From positions 54,436,001 through 54,500,000 of the forward strand of contig OZ024745.1 of NCBI GenBank assembly GCA_964016885.1: DNA of 64,000 nucleotides, given 5' to 3'. Positions within the stretch are counted from its first letter, which is position 1. Every line of letters starts with the position of its first letter. Position numbers and translations under genes: made by a program. This stretch comes from Eledone cirrhosa. Taxonomy: Eukaryota. The notes under the pieces were generated by a model. It was not told the DNA's origin and ran no database searches. It was given only the letters and a program-made list of their open reading frames with translations. Below are positions 1 through 15,690 of the stretch, piece after piece.

Positions 1-1
1 G

Positions 2-145
<144 letters not shown>

Positions 146-995
146 GCACGTACAAAGAGACACACACATACACAGTTGGAATCCAGTCATGTACCTTGTG
201 CATTTCCTGTAAATATTATATTTTATTGCGATCGTTCCAATGTTGGATGAAAACATCACCCAGCAAATTTCTGCTTACCTATGCTGGCATTAAAACTACC
301 TGTCACTAATGGTCGATTGTGTGTTGAGTGGAGTTGTGAATGTCCTGGTCATCAGATGCTTAAGAACGCATAGCGTCGGAAGAGATACCGCAATGTATTC
401 TATTTCCTCCGACACTCAAATAATCCCTCCAATTTAATACAGACCTTTGACTAATACATTGTTTATCGATCCAAGAAGGATGAATGTCAAAGTCAGATTT
501 GAACTTATAGTGTAAAGAATGGGAACAAGACACTGCCAAATCACGGATTCTATTACGTTTAAAAATTAGAAACTTATTATGTGGGAACTAAGTAAAAAGC
601 TGGTGTTTTGAGTGATGCACAACAAATGTTTCTTTAGTGAGGACATGATAATAAAAAGTCACTGTAGATCTAAACAGAACCTTCTGGAAGCATGGGAATA
701 AATGGATATTAATGATACATGTTTTTCTCCATGGGTATAATATCAATGAATAGATATGATTTCAAGTTAAATTCCTTCTCAACTTAAGAGATGTAACGAT
801 TGGAAAGGTTATTGAAAGCTATTTTAAATACAAAACAATTTACACCCCATCCACGTCCATTCAAGTAAAATCGTTATATTTCACCAGCCTGATAGTGTTA
901 CTTATCAATAGTCCTACAATGAAAACATCTAATGTCAAAGCCATTGCTTTGAGCGTCTTACGAACATACTGCTTAGAGAAATGTGCTGGGATACA

Positions 996-1185
996 AATAA
1001 TTGTTTCTACTTTTGGCGCAAGGCTAGCAAATATCACAGTGCATTACTGGTACTTTATTTTATCGACCTCGTAAGGATGAAAGGCAAAGTTAACCTCGGC
1101 GGGATTTGAACTCAAACCGTAAAGGGCCGTAACTATGCTGCAAAGTATGTTGTTCGATACTCTACCGATACTAGGACTATTCGCT
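996..1185 (-). mobile_element. tRNA-derived SINE, family 1
   Basis: Minus strand has a B box GAGTTCAAATCC followed by the conserved body GAGGTTAACTTTGCCTTTCATCCTTACG..GTCGATAAAATAAAGTACCAG; homologous to the other copies in this window. Confidence 0.85.
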
Positions 1186-2016
1186 GAAAATGAAATTCTG
1201 CTGCTTTCAAGTTAACGTAGACATTTAACCTCTAAACCCGGATTTTACAAAAGACTACTTGAATGATATGTGATCAAACACATCATTGTGTTAGAGAACA
1301 ATGTAAAACAAATGTACATAACATTCATTCGTAAAAGAATGCAACTGAGATCTCTAGCAATCTTTTCTCTCATTGTAACTGTCATATGTTAGAACTCAAT
1401 AATGCCATTTACATCCCATAAGAAGTTGTCCAGGAATAAGACGAAGCAAGTGAAAATGTTAATGAAAATCTAGCCATATGTGGATACATATGGCTAGGAA
1501 ATGAACACCTTGCTCATTTAAACATCGGGTACTACGGGCTAACAAGACATCTACGTAGTAATTCCATTTACCCGAAATAGAAGCCAAATCTCTCGCATAA
1601 AAATGTCTTCAAAAATAAGTTAACACACAGCATAATGTTAGTCATAATGATAAAACATTCAATCATGTGTGAAATCGAGTAGCTTTTGGTAAAGTTACGT
1701 GATCTCATCTGCCTAAAACAACATAAAAAACTTAAAGAAATATCCTTGGATTTGGATGAAAGATACTGACCCAGAAATTGAATATTTACAGTAAATATGT
1801 TACAGAATATTACAGGATAGAGCTTATACAGCGGTTGCTTAAATCCCAGCCAACCGAACAAACTAACAGAAAAAGAAGGCGCTAAAACGTCCCTATCGGT
1901 TAAATAAATACCAACAGTTTATATTGTTGAACTATTAACTTCGAATGCATCGCTCTGTCCACCTCACTCTCTATACCTACCTACCTACCTACCTACCTAC
2001 CTACCTACATACCTAC

Positions 2017-2092
<76 letters not shown>

Positions 2093-2111
2093 CATCTATC
2101 TATCTATTTAA

Positions 2112-2382
2112 GTGAATGGGCCTTCTCTCTATATCAGCCTGTAGGTGAGAGAGGAGGAGAAGGAGGAGAGGAAGGGAGCACCAGCTCTTTGTGCTCCTGA
2201 GGAGGAGGTGGCACATTTTTTCAGGGGTGTGTGCGACCCACGTCACCCCCCCCCTCCCTATTGAGGACTTCGATTGTTGAATTTGATTTGTTATATGTTT
2301 TTACACGTCCCTTGAAATGTATGTAACCCCCCTTGTATTTGTCCCAACCTTTGATGCCCTGGTGGCAAATAAATAGAAAGTT
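2112..2382 (+). mobile_element. 3' end fragment of a Tx1/L1-type element following an (ATCT)n tract
   Basis: GTGAATGGGCCTTCTCTCTATATCAGCCTGTAG matches the ORF2 ends at ~42465-42497 and ~46461-46494; 3' UTR has CCCTATTG and AATAAA. Confidence 0.75.
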
Positions 2383-2776
2383 ATCTCTCTCAGTATTTCT
2401 CTCACTCACATATATATATATGCTATCGCCGTATTTCAAAATACGGCGATAGCTTACATTTCTAATAATTTCAAACCCACTCGCTGTTTCGAAAATATTC
2501 TTACACAAACACACATATATATATATAAATATATATATATATATGGGTTTACAAAGGAGTAAAACGTGTCCAATATCATAATAGTGTGTATTATATAAGT
2601 ATTATATTACTGAGATTATTCTCTGTTGTAACTCAGATTAGGAAACGGAAAATATGTTTAGGTGACACAGTATATATCGCAAATATGATTGCGGTGGCTA
2701 ATATAATGAAGTAAATGAATGGACTGATTTTAAAAGACCCATCCACACACGTTTATATATATAATACGCATACACG

Positions 2777-2808
<32 letters not shown>

Positions 2809-5143
2809 CATATATACATATATATGTATCACACACACATACACACACATATATATATGTATATATATGTGTGTGTGTGTGTATATATGCACATGCATAT
2901 ACGGATTTACATTCACACGTACATACCTATAAATATATGTATGTGTGTGAATTTGAATTAAACGTTAATGTAAGACATTATGTAAGCAGATCTGATCGTC
3001 CGGGTGATTTCATTCTAATTCCTTTATAAACACACATAGACCCCCCCCCCCTCCACACACACACACATTTATAAATATATATGTGTTGCATATGTGTGTA
3101 TTGATCTATTTTGTATACAAATATACATAAGTACAAATAAGGCTTTCAATAATTAGTTACGTCTTACGTTGTGAATTCAAATTCTGTCATGATTCCTACT
3201 GCTATTCATCTGGTAGGGTCATTATATAAATGAAATACTTTGTACTGCATTCGGTTGTTTACGTTGCACTATATACATCCCGCCACTCTTTTCAAATTTG
3301 GAAGAGAGCCAAGGAAGAAGAATTTATATGTTTGCTCTCTCTACTAGAAATAAGAGCCAACTGTCCCTCAAATCATTCACTACCATCTTAGAAATTTGGA
3401 TAATGGGGTTCCGATTTTCTAACACAGGAAAAGATAAGACGTTCACGCTGACTTGCTCTTGATAATAAATCTTTCGAATGAAGGATTACCTGCGTACTTA
3501 ACAGCAACAACAACAATATCGTCAAAACATCAATAGGGAAAATATCAGTGACATCACCATCAAATCACACGCAGCTATCTTGATACATGATAACATTAAA
3601 AGCAACACCATCAATAACAATAATGTCAACAACAATATGAAGAACTATGAAGAACTACAAGAACAGCAACAACGAAAACAACGTCAACGATAACAGCAAC
3701 TGCTTGATCGTGTGAGATAACGAGAGAAACCATTAGTAAGAATCCAATTCTTTATACAAATGAAATAAATGTATAGTCTTTACATATTTAACAACAATAC
3801 ATCCCTGCAACGATATCAAATATATCAAAAGAATGTATTAACAATAACTGATACGACAAAAACTTTATAAATAAACAAAAGACACCAAACAGCAATGCGA
3901 AAACCTATGAATAATATGAAGAACACCATTAGCAGCAAAACAATGAAACCGACAGTGATGAAAACAAAAGAAACAGAACAACGGCAATAAAAAAATATTA
4001 AAGAATTAATGCACACATACACACACACATGTACACATGAATGTGTGTGTGTTTATATATTATATTATATTATTTATATTATATTATTTATATATATTCA
4101 TACACAGAACAAAAGTGGTAACTAAGGTTTCAAGGCCCAATATTTACCATATCTCCAGAGGAATCAAATGACCAAATCTTCAGGCGCTTAGACGTGTACG
4201 TGTATATATGTATGTCCGAATGGGCCTTTGTTAGTTTCGACGATGTGTGTTCCAGTTCTTAGATCAACCGAACAGCCCGCTTTAAAAAATTATTGTGTAA
4301 GATGCTGAGCATTTCATAAACACGATTACCCTTAACGTAATTCTCGGGGAAATGTTATGTGATTGAGTTTCTTGAAGGGCTGGTTCTTTACCTTACACGT
4401 ACAATCCACCCGTCGGGTTTCCAAGTAGTTCCGTCTACTTATTTTCACTAATAAGGCATGGGTTGGCCCGATGATGTTATGGTAAATGATATTTATCAAT
4501 TTTATATACACTGTGGTATGGGTAAGCAGTGCGTCCCCAAAAAGGGTTGCTCAGACACTCAAAACTCCGCCGAAGCATGTTACAGTTCAGGTTAACAGTG
4601 CAGCGACGTTAGGATAAGACACGAGCCGCCCAACTGTAGATTTGTGACTATGTGCTTCTAACCTGTCGAGTCTTCATACGTTGCTACTTCTTCACCACCG
4701 TTGGACTTGTAAAGAAATATCTGTACATAAAGATGGCACTTCTACACACATAGCACCCACTCCATCCTTGCAGCTATGTGTCCAGTGACAAGCCAATGCA
4801 AGATAATAGGACTGATACGAGGATCGCATGTGTTATTCTCATAGAGTTTAATCGCTCCAGAGAGTGTAGAAATACTCATCATGCTTGGCAAATTGCAGGT
4901 TAGTGAGGCTATAAAACCCATAGTTGGGGGTGAATGTCCGTTGACACTGTGAAGTCATCCACCCTTTGGTAACTTCTGTTTTTGTGTTGCTAGGTTTCCA
5001 CTTATCCTCTAGTCAGACTAGGGTTTGGTGTGAGACCGGTTTAGTAGCCGACCACCCGAATATGAAAGAGGTTGTATTGAGCTACATGGTATCAGTAGCA
5101 GACCGAGAACTGACCTGATAATATATATTATATATCTATCTAC

Positions 5144-5219
<76 letters not shown>

Positions 5220-6032
5220 ACACACACATTTATACATGTTTGTGTGGTGTGCGTGTATTTGTGCTTATGTGGAACAAACAATAAAAACAAACACATTCCA
5301 GACATATAAACATATATATATATATGTCAGGCTATATCATGTTCAACAACACAACATACCACATAGATATACACTAAAAATATACACATAAATATATCCG
5401 CATACATACACCAAATGTCATAAATAAATACGTACGTACACATAACACACACAAACACCCATGCAGTCAGGTGTACACATTCATACTTCCACTATTAGAC
5501 AAGCATACACTAAGACGACAGTATTATTACCACAAACAATAATTGCTTAAACATCAAACACATGAGTAGCATCAACAACAAGAACAGCAATAGTAAGTAG
5601 GAGTAACAGCATTAGTAACCAGTAATAAGAACATGTAAATGAGCTGGAATTAAAGCAGATGGAGGAGACGACACAAGAATGAAGAGGAGGGTGGATCTTG
5701 AGGTGAATATGGAGGGTGAGGAATAGGTAAGAGACAGGTGTATTGATTGTGGATGTTGTGACAATATGACTAACGTCAGAATTGTCTGCGTAGTCAGTTA
5801 ATCAATTAATCATCCTCCTCGTTCTCTTCCTCCTCATCACTATCGGCGTTGTCGTCGACGTCATCCTCATCACCATCACCACCACAATCAACATCATTAT
5901 CGTCATATCGTTACTATCATCATCATTAGCATTATCATCATTATTCATTCATGATCATCATCGTCATCAACCTCACCGTAATTATATAGTTAATAGGAGA
6001 CAGTAGAAGGAGCAAAAGCAACAGCAGTGGTT

Positions 6033-6068
<36 letters not shown>

Positions 6069-6139
6069 GTAGTAGTAGTAGCCTTTTGTTTTGGTGCTAA
6101 CAACAGCGAATACAACAGATGTTCACAGACCTCTTCTTA

Positions 6140-6545
6140 AATAATGGTTTCTTATATAGGCACAAGGCCAGCAATTTTGGGGGAAGGGAAAGTCGATTAA
6201 ATCGGCCCCAGTGCGTGACTGGTATTTTATTTTATCGACCCCGTAAGGATGAAAGGCAAAGTTAACCTCGGCGGGATTTGAACTCAGCCTCTTTTAAAAT
6301 AATAATTGTTTCTACATTTGGCACAAGGCCAGCAAATACTCAGTGCATTACTGGTACTTTATTTTATAGACCCCGTAAGGATGACAATAAAGTTAACCTG
6401 GACGGGATTTGAACTTAGACCGTAAAGGGGCGTAACTATGCTGGAAATCATGGCGTCCGACTCTCTACCAATACTGCCAACTACTTTTGGCACAAAGCCA
6501 GCAATTATATCAGTGTATTACTGGTACTTTATTTTATCGACCCCT
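6140..6545 (-). mobile_element. Cluster of three partial family-1 SINE copies
   Basis: Repeated GGCACAAGGCCAGCAA...CTGGTA(C/T)TTTATTTTATCGACCCC blocks at ~6140-6287, ~6300-6480 and ~6480-6545. Confidence 0.85.
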
Positions 6546-6690
6546 GCCTATGTTGGTGAGTATAGAGGTAACCCTAGGGCCAAGGACACCAGAAGTTTCC
6601 ACTTCCAAGGGCATGCCCACGAACCTGTCGGAGAACGACCGGTACTTGGAGAGTTTGGCCTCCTCAGCCCGACGTACAGCATTATACAGA
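6546..6690 (-). pseudogene. Fragment of a restriction-like endonuclease C-terminus from a non-LTR retrotransposon (CRE-like)
   Basis: Translates AVRRAEEAKLSKYRSFSDRFVGMPLEVETSGVLG, matching the AE..K..KY...F.P..VET.G.WG pattern of RLE domains. Confidence 0.55.
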
Positions 6691-7064
6691 AATATAACAT
6701 TTACAAAGATATCCGAAATCAACGGTTTAAAACAAGAATAAATGGGTATGAAAAATCTCAATCATTCTTTGAGCAAAAGAAACGATTTTATTTGGAACCC
6801 AGTAAAATGAAATAAAAATGATCAGGAATGTATTAGCTATACTCGTTGCGGTGCAGCTTTTATAGAAATGTTGATTATAATATGTATAGCAATAATTTTA
6901 AGAAATAATTTTTAATACAAATTGCGACCTATATATTTTGATAGAAGTAATCCCTAATACTATTATCTGTGATTAGGATAACCGATAACCATTATTAGGT
7001 GTTAAAGGCAAAATTGAAGTCAAGGTCATATAAATATTCTCTCTCTCTCTCTCACTCTCTCTCT

Positions 7065-7536
<472 letters not shown>

Positions 7537-7730
7537 ATTGCACTCAGTGCTCCTGTGAGAGTCCCGACATGGACACACCGGAAGGGGAAGACCAAGGTTA
7601 ACGTATGTTGATGCCCTAAGGACAGACACTGGTCTGTTGGAGACGCAGGAGATGGCAGAGATAATGTGGGACAGAGACTGCTGGAGAGAACTCGTCCATG
7701 GATCTCGGGAATTTTACCCGCCCTAGACAG
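7537..7730 (+). pseudogene. RTE-clade ORF C-terminus and 3' end
   Basis: Plus frame reads [48 protein letters not shown], a typical RTE terminus, and runs into (TA)n. Confidence 0.8.
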
Positions 7731-7743
7731 ATATATATATGTA

Positions 7744-7919
<176 letters not shown>

Positions 7920-7929
7920 GAATATATAT

Positions 7930-8132
7930 ATATATAAATGAGGTAAATATCTCTCTGAGTACTAAGTACCCATAGAGATATAATTGTTGTTCTATGGTAC
8001 TAATTCGAGATACCAGAACTATAAAAATTGAGATGACCAGAACAAACAAAGAACAACAATTATAATATAAACACCCTATATATCTCTATGGGTACTTAGT
8101 ACTCAGAGAGATATTTATCTCATTTTTATATA
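7930..8132. repeat. Inverted repeat (fold-back element) adjoining (TA)n
   Basis: AAATATCTCTCTGAGTACTAAGTACCCATAGAGATATA (~7946) and its reverse complement (~8079-8116), with an inner AATTGTTGTTC/GAACAACAATT pair. Confidence 0.85.
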
Positions 8133-8408
8133 TTCTCCAATCTATGTAGAGAAAAATTCGTTGTTGCTTACTGCTACTTTTTTTAGCAGCAAAGCCATCA
8201 ACACGTCTTTAATATTCCTGCTTTCCCTAGCGGCCGGTTCACGTGTGGGTCACTTTAACGGCCATAACTCATACGAGCTGGTAGTTGGCATTATATTTGC
8301 AGACCGTGGGACTTGTTCCTATAGGATGAAAATAGCTATCTGATGAAATTTACTTTTCCGTAGGACACCTCGGCTATTTTTCATTTTGTAAAAAAAACCT
8401 CACTTTCT

Positions 8409-8464
<56 letters not shown>

Positions 8465-8466
<2 letters not shown>

Positions 8467-8662
8467 CGGAGGAAATGTGGTAAGGAAACCAGGTGGACCA
8501 TAACGCACCAAAGTACTCAATACTTAGGGTAGTGGAGTGGGTAATAGGAACGAGTAGGACCCCGACGGCTGAGCTCAAGCCGTTTCCACGGCTAATTCTG
8601 GAGTCCAGAATTAGCCGTCGAAACGGCTTGAGCTCAGCCGTCGGGGTCCTACTCGTTGCTAT
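8465..8662 (-). mobile_element. Fold-back Penelope-like mini-element, family HP copy 1 (subfamily A)
   Basis: ~80-bp unique tail plus palindrome with ~59-bp arms (8544-8602 and 8604-8662), flanked by (TA)n. Confidence 0.85.
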
Positions 8663-8697
8663 ATATATATATATATATATGTGTACATACATACATG

Positions 8698-8768
<71 letters not shown>

Positions 8769-8811
8769 GACGTAAAATAAGAACAATTTAAAAAAAAAAA
8801 AAAATTAACTT

Positions 8812-8846
<35 letters not shown>

Positions 8847-9326
8847 TGCATGTATGTATGTGTGTATATATATATATTTATATATATATATCACGTACAC
8901 ACACTTGTATATTTACACGCATACATACATATAAACTTGCATACATATATGTCTGCATACGAATAAGTTTGTGACGACATCTGTGCCTGTATTTACTTCT
9001 GTGTGTGTATTGAAGAATATTACCATATGACTGGTGTATGTGTAAGTCGTTATATTCTGCACAATGCTGTATTGGTCATATATGAAGAAGGAGAAACATG
9101 TTGTACATATCTAAGGAGGACATAGAGTCACGTTAAGAAATTACATTGCCACAAATTGCTACATATGCTTTCGCTTGCTAATTCGCTTCAGTGAACTTAG
9201 CAGAAGAAATTGTGTCTGTTCAAAATTTAAGTATGTGTCCAACGTATGGAATTCCAGACGGGGGAACAAACTTACAGGAGATACATAGACAGCCGGAGTC
9301 CACATAGAAGATGGATGCCAGACTGT

Positions 9327-9359
<33 letters not shown>

Positions 9360-9718
9360 ATACGACCTACCATACATATTTGCTTATATATATATATATA
9401 TATATATATATAATGTATTTATGTATATAAATATATATAGAAAAAAGTATGACCCCGACGGCAGAGCTCGTGTGTGTTTGAGTGTGTGTGGTTGTGTGTA
9501 TCTATGTCTGTGTGTGTATGTGTGGCCAGGTTCTTTATTGAGTCACTGGTGTAGATTTACACATATAATATCATGTGTGCGTTTGTTGGAATTCCGTCGG
9601 TTCTAACTAGAAGTGTTGTAGGTGTTTGAACTACAAACAAGCGTACTCAGAAATTAACTAATTAACAAGCATTGCACACATAACCAATTCTTAAGCTACG
9701 CGCCTTCTCATTTATTGC

Positions 9719-9869
<151 letters not shown>

Positions 9870-10027
9870 GGGTGTCCCTCAAAGTACTGCAACAGAATTC
9901 TAATAAAAAATTGCCTGGTAATCAAAGTGTGTATATATTTTGTATAAACGTAAACAGAAATAACAGACCAAAATCACAGTACTATGAAGAAATGTATTAG
10001 TTTAACGCTTGATATTGTACGAAAAGA

Positions 10028-10065
10028 ATCTTTACGTTTCGAACGCTAGTTCTTCATCAAAAGAT
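10028..10065 (-). ncRNA. Degenerate minimal type I hammerhead ribozyme (Penelope type)
   Basis: Minus strand ATCTT-TTGATGA-A-GAAC-TAGC-GTTC-GAAAC-GTA-AAGAT; stems I and II pair, core C3 is T. Confidence 0.6.
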
Positions 10066-10171
10066 AGAATGATAAATAAAAGATGAAATAACAAGATAGA
10101 GATAGAGAAGAGGAAGGAACGAATATATTTATTCTGAGAAAATCAACCGTTGTTTATCTATAACTATAAGT

Positions 10172-10391
<220 letters not shown>

Positions 10392-10849
10392 TAAACGGAA
10401 TAGAAAATGCTGACAAATTGTTCACAGTGAAAAATAGTTTAATTAGGAATAAATGAGAATTAGTAATTGTATTGGTTAGTATTCAGTTTTGGTTTTAAGT
10501 TTTACCGGTTGCGCATTTCTAAATGCTTTTCAAAAATAATTTTGAGATAGAGCGTCCGTGATCACATACAAATATACAGATACACACTCATACACAGGCA
10601 TATATTATTATTATTATTATTATAATATATCTTGTTTCTGTGAGCATGATGTATATATATATATATATATATACATTATGCTCACACAAACAAGATGTCC
10701 CAAAAGCACAGTTACTTTATCCATAAATTTGCAGTGCAAATCACACTCTTCTCGCATCATGATAATGAATCTCTGTAACCTGTGGTTTTACAATAAGTTA
10801 AACCCAATAATTTACAAAAGAATCAACCAACTAAAATATTGCAACAAGT

Positions 10850-12250
10850 AATCCATCCAACTGCTAAAAAAAACATAACATTCAAAACTGTAGATTACCA
10901 TCATCAATAAATAAAGAACAGATGAGAAAGGCCTGGCCATTGAGAAAACTTAATCCCAAAGCATTCATTTCATATGCCAAAAACACAATTGACCCTCGGA
11001 TTGATGAAAATAATATTTTCTATATTCATGCTAAAACCATAGGTGAGATACTGTAGATACCAGACCTCTCTCTTTCAGTAATCCTGATATGGTTGATCTA
11101 GATAGTATCAGTGATCGTATGTTGAGTGTTATCTCAACATACCATGATTGAGATAACATTTCTTGCCTCTAATATCTTAGGAGCAATAGACAGAATTAAA
11201 TACAACGTAGCAGGTTCGATATCAACATGCATCCCCTCGAGCTAATCCTTGCAGGATCTCACTGGGTGCAGTCTATACCCCTGAACATTTTCTAAGTCTG
11301 TCGTCCCAGTTTTCACAAAGAGAAACAAGTCCCTTACAGTGAATTACCATCTGATCTCACTCACCTCTCATATCATTAAGAGGGCGGTGATATGAATTAT
11401 AACTCCCTTTTTCGAAAGCAACAACATGCTGAACTCCAACTAACATGGTTTTCACGGTGTCAGGGGCTATATAACTTTGACGGCATCCTAAAAGCTTTGT
11501 GAAAGGGCTCTAACACTGACATCTTAATTTCAATAATGATTTTGACAGAAAGGAACACTGCATCTTGTTGAAGAAACTTAGAATAATTATCGATTATAAC
11601 TTAAGCTAGAGTATCCACGAAAATAACAAAGTAAATAACAACGTTTCGTTCTAGACATATTCACATCATTATTTTTTTCGCCTCTAACTTTTCCCGCCCC
11701 CATCTTGAATATTGTTGTCCGCTGTGATTTATCAATTCAAAACAATGTATTATGAAAATTGCAGCACATCAGAGGTCAATTATAAAAATGACATGGCCTG
11801 GCAGGCTATGACTTTTGGAGTCAATTAGAAATCCTCAAACTCTACCCACACCATTGCTGCCTTGACTAATACATCATTTGTGTGATGTGGAACATATTCC
11901 ATCAATATTACCAAAATGATGCTGGCATCATCTTTAAAATCCACGCAAGTCTTGGTCCCCGAATACTCTTCCTACTACAAAATCTTCCTTACATTTCATA
12001 ACAACATTATCATACAACTATTTAACTGCAACTGGCACTATCTTCTACATCTCTCTCCAAAATAGATCAAGAGAGATGTCATAAAACCAAAAAGGTCCCT
12101 GACAAATTCCCGTAAGATATTCCGGATAAACCTCCTATACTAGGATATGTCTCCAGAAACAATAACTCTTTACAGGAATAAGCCATGGTAACGAAAACAT
12201 GATGTGAAAGAATTCGCCAGATGGTGCTATTAAGTTAGACATGGTCTGGG
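10850..12250 (+). pseudogene. Heavily decayed CR1/L2-group LINE RT remnant
   Basis: Residual NYHLISLTSHIIK (cf. NYRPISLTS) at ~11342 and HGF at ~11443; many stops. Confidence 0.55.
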
Positions 12251-12630
12251 TGGTGTACAGCGTGTTTTCGCCTCCAGGGTTAGACTATTCGCCCAACTTA
12301 GACTATTTCCTATAGACAAACAACGTTGATGCTCTAGCTTTCAAATTCAATATATATAGATAAAGTCGTATGGAAGTATAAGAAAAGGAAAATAATGTGG
12401 GTAGATAGATTGTTAGATACATACATGTATGCATACAGAACGAGAAAAAAAATGTAGTGATGTACGAGCACGAGAGTAAGAGATTGATGGTAAAATGTAC
12501 AAACTAAAAATAAATAAGTGTAACAAAGTAAGAGTTAGAAACACCATCATCAGAAATATCCTAATAGAAAGAGATAAAATCATGTTCAGTAACAAATAAG
12601 CTACTCTTCACCAAAGAAGCAGTCACTTCC

Positions 12631-12676
<46 letters not shown>

Positions 12677-13632
12677 AGTGTTGTTCATCTTGTCATTGTC
12701 GATGTTGTTAACGATGTTATTCTTTCCGATGTTGCTCCTAATGTCGTGGTTGATGCTATCGTTAAGTCCTCCATGTCAAATTTGATTAAGCAGTCATTTG
12801 ATTAAGGCATTCCAACCGACACCATTCCGACTAATTAGTAATCAGATTGCTACCTGTTCAACCTACATACACATACACACCCAGTAGGGTAGGTTTGTGA
12901 GTGTTGTTGTAAAAGTCATGGGACTAGTTCTTTCCTCCGTAATAAAGACATAACCAAACCAAAGGATTATAAAAGATCTCCGTTTCTAATAAAATTCAGA
13001 TAGATTTGTCAGCTATGTTTTGCGCTTCAAGCTGCTACATAGCTAACCACTTGATTGTTGGTTCCGTTGAGCACCAGCTCAACCCTGATCAAGCATTTAT
13101 ACGATCAAAGATATTTCAATCGTGTAGATTCCAAATGTTTTCCTAATCCCACAACCGACGACAGAAACTTTAACGAGTCATTCTGTAGGATGGCAGGACT
13201 ATATTTTAAGACAGATTTGATAGCAATTTTTAGAATGTGAAGTGACCGTTGAGAGGTCTCCTTCTTCACTCGGAAAGCCTTCCCAATTTAAAGATAAAAT
13301 TATTTACTACTTCTCGCAGGTTGTGCCTCTTCACCGTAAATATTCCATTATTGATTTGCTACCACGTTGGTTCTAGATATGTATGTATATGTATATCTAT
13401 ATATGGAATAGATAACGTAAATCTTAGGAAACTTCAGCATGACAGACAGTATGTAAAGGTTCCGAATCGGCGCCATATGGTTGCAAAACGAACTTTTAAC
13501 TATCCCTACGTGCACACATGCACACAGAAACACACAATATATGTATTGATATGGATTTGTATGGACGTATATATGTATGAGTATATATATAATACATACA
13601 CATACACACTCACACATATGTATACACACACA

Positions 13633-13725
<93 letters not shown>

Positions 13726-13762
13726 ATATATATATATGTATATATATATATGTATATATGTA

Positions 13763-13847
<85 letters not shown>

Positions 13848-13872
13848 GTATATATATATATGTATATATGTA

Positions 13873-13957
<85 letters not shown>

Positions 13958-14286
13958 ATTGCAATTAATTTACATGTACAGAAAAGGAGCTTCGTTTGCA
14001 TTTATAAATCAATTTGAACTTCCCATGCATGCAGGATTCCTCGTTCGAGAAACACATCGATATAACATTGAACTAATGATGCATGTATGCTGGAGCCAAA
14101 TAGCCTCCAACGCATGGAAGCATGCAAAACATGTCTGTACATAATTGCACTGACTGTGTATTGACATAAAACATCCATGTAAGGAAATCGGCTTGGTCGA
14201 GCATGCGTTTGTGCTTGTTTGTACGCCTGCACAAGTGAATCTCTTTCCCCTCTCTCTTTCTGTCTGTCTCTCTCTCTCCCTCTCTC

Positions 14287-14411
<125 letters not shown>

Positions 14412-14550
14412 TGGGGGGCGGATCTGTATCTGTATACATGTATGAGCATGCGTATATATATATATATATATATATAGTAATAATAATAAAATTGAAGACG
14501 TTAAGGGTGAAAGCAGCGATTCTTTGCTTAAACTTTAATCTGTTATTTTA

Positions 14551-14624
<74 letters not shown>

Positions 14625-15251
14625 TTATTTTTAAAATCTTTCACTGGTTTCAGAGCCAGAAACAACGATGGAACGTTGTCAAAATCAACTATGTATGTAT
14701 GTATGTATGTATGTATGTATGTATGTATGTATGTATGTATGTATGTATGTATGTATGTATGTATGATTGCATGCATATCTGTCTATCTGCACGTATGTAG
14801 AAGTCCACACATGGCAACATATTATTTTGTCCAAAGCAGAGTAAAGAGAGTTATAATTTAGAGAAAGAATTTAGGGATTGCAAGGCTAAGGACCAACCTC
14901 ACCTGTGTGCAGCAAAAAATAAGTGGTATTACGAGAAGACCCTAGAGATTTAGATATCTGCAGACAAACGAGACTTAAAATATTTGTATGACCAGTTGCG
15001 TGAAGTCTATGGCTGACCTTCGTTTGTCTTTTCATCTCTGAAAGTGAGGATGAAAGACCAGATCGCGGCAATATTTTAGTGATGTGTTGAAACGTGGGTC
15101 AGTGCCCAGTCCTCTTGAACCTGGCAGGCTTCAACAATCTCCTGTAATCTATGAGTTTCCTGATCAACCTTCTTAACTGATAGAGAATGACGTAGGAGAG
15201 GTACTGGGTTTGCTTCATATCATCCGGTGTGGGAGAAGGGCGTAACTCCAA

Positions 15252-15690
15252 ATGAGTGGTGAGATGCCATTCTCGTGTCCTTGTATAAGAAACTACCCAA
15301 TGATCTGTGCAATAACTGGGATTTCCCTTCTCTTTGTTGTGGGAAAGATTATTCCAAGGATATTTCTGAACCGTTTGTTGCATCATGTTGCATCTAATAT
15401 GCTGTCCGGATCAAAATGTGGTTATCAACCAAACCGAGGGACAATAGATATGTTCTTTACAGCACGACATGTTCAGCAGAATTGCAGAAAGCAACAATTG
15501 GATTTGTCAGAACAATTGGATTTGTTCTGACAAAAGCTTTTGACACCGTTAATAGGCCAACTATTTGGGGAATCCTGTTAAAGATTTTCTGAGTTAACAG
15601 GCCTTATTCGATAACACGAAGACATGAGTATGTGTCAATTGTGAACTGTTGGATCCAATCTCTGTTGACTGGAGTGAAACAAGGTGATAT
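15252..15690 (+). pseudogene. RTE/BovB-like RT fragment
   Basis: GISLLFVVGKIIPRIFLNRL..CGYQPNRGTIDMFFTARHVQQNCRKQ, then LTKAFDTVNR after a frameshift. Confidence 0.8.

Noticed and set aside
6546-6750. YVGE..RFKTRING on the plus strand as a GIY-YIG motif
   Set aside because: The spacing is wrong, and the opposite strand gives a better RLE match.
8465-8662. HP palindromes as CRISPR repeats, terminators or miRNA genes
   Set aside because: The context is eukaryotic; copies are dispersed without spacers, centres vary, and all lie in TA tracts, which fits mobile elements.
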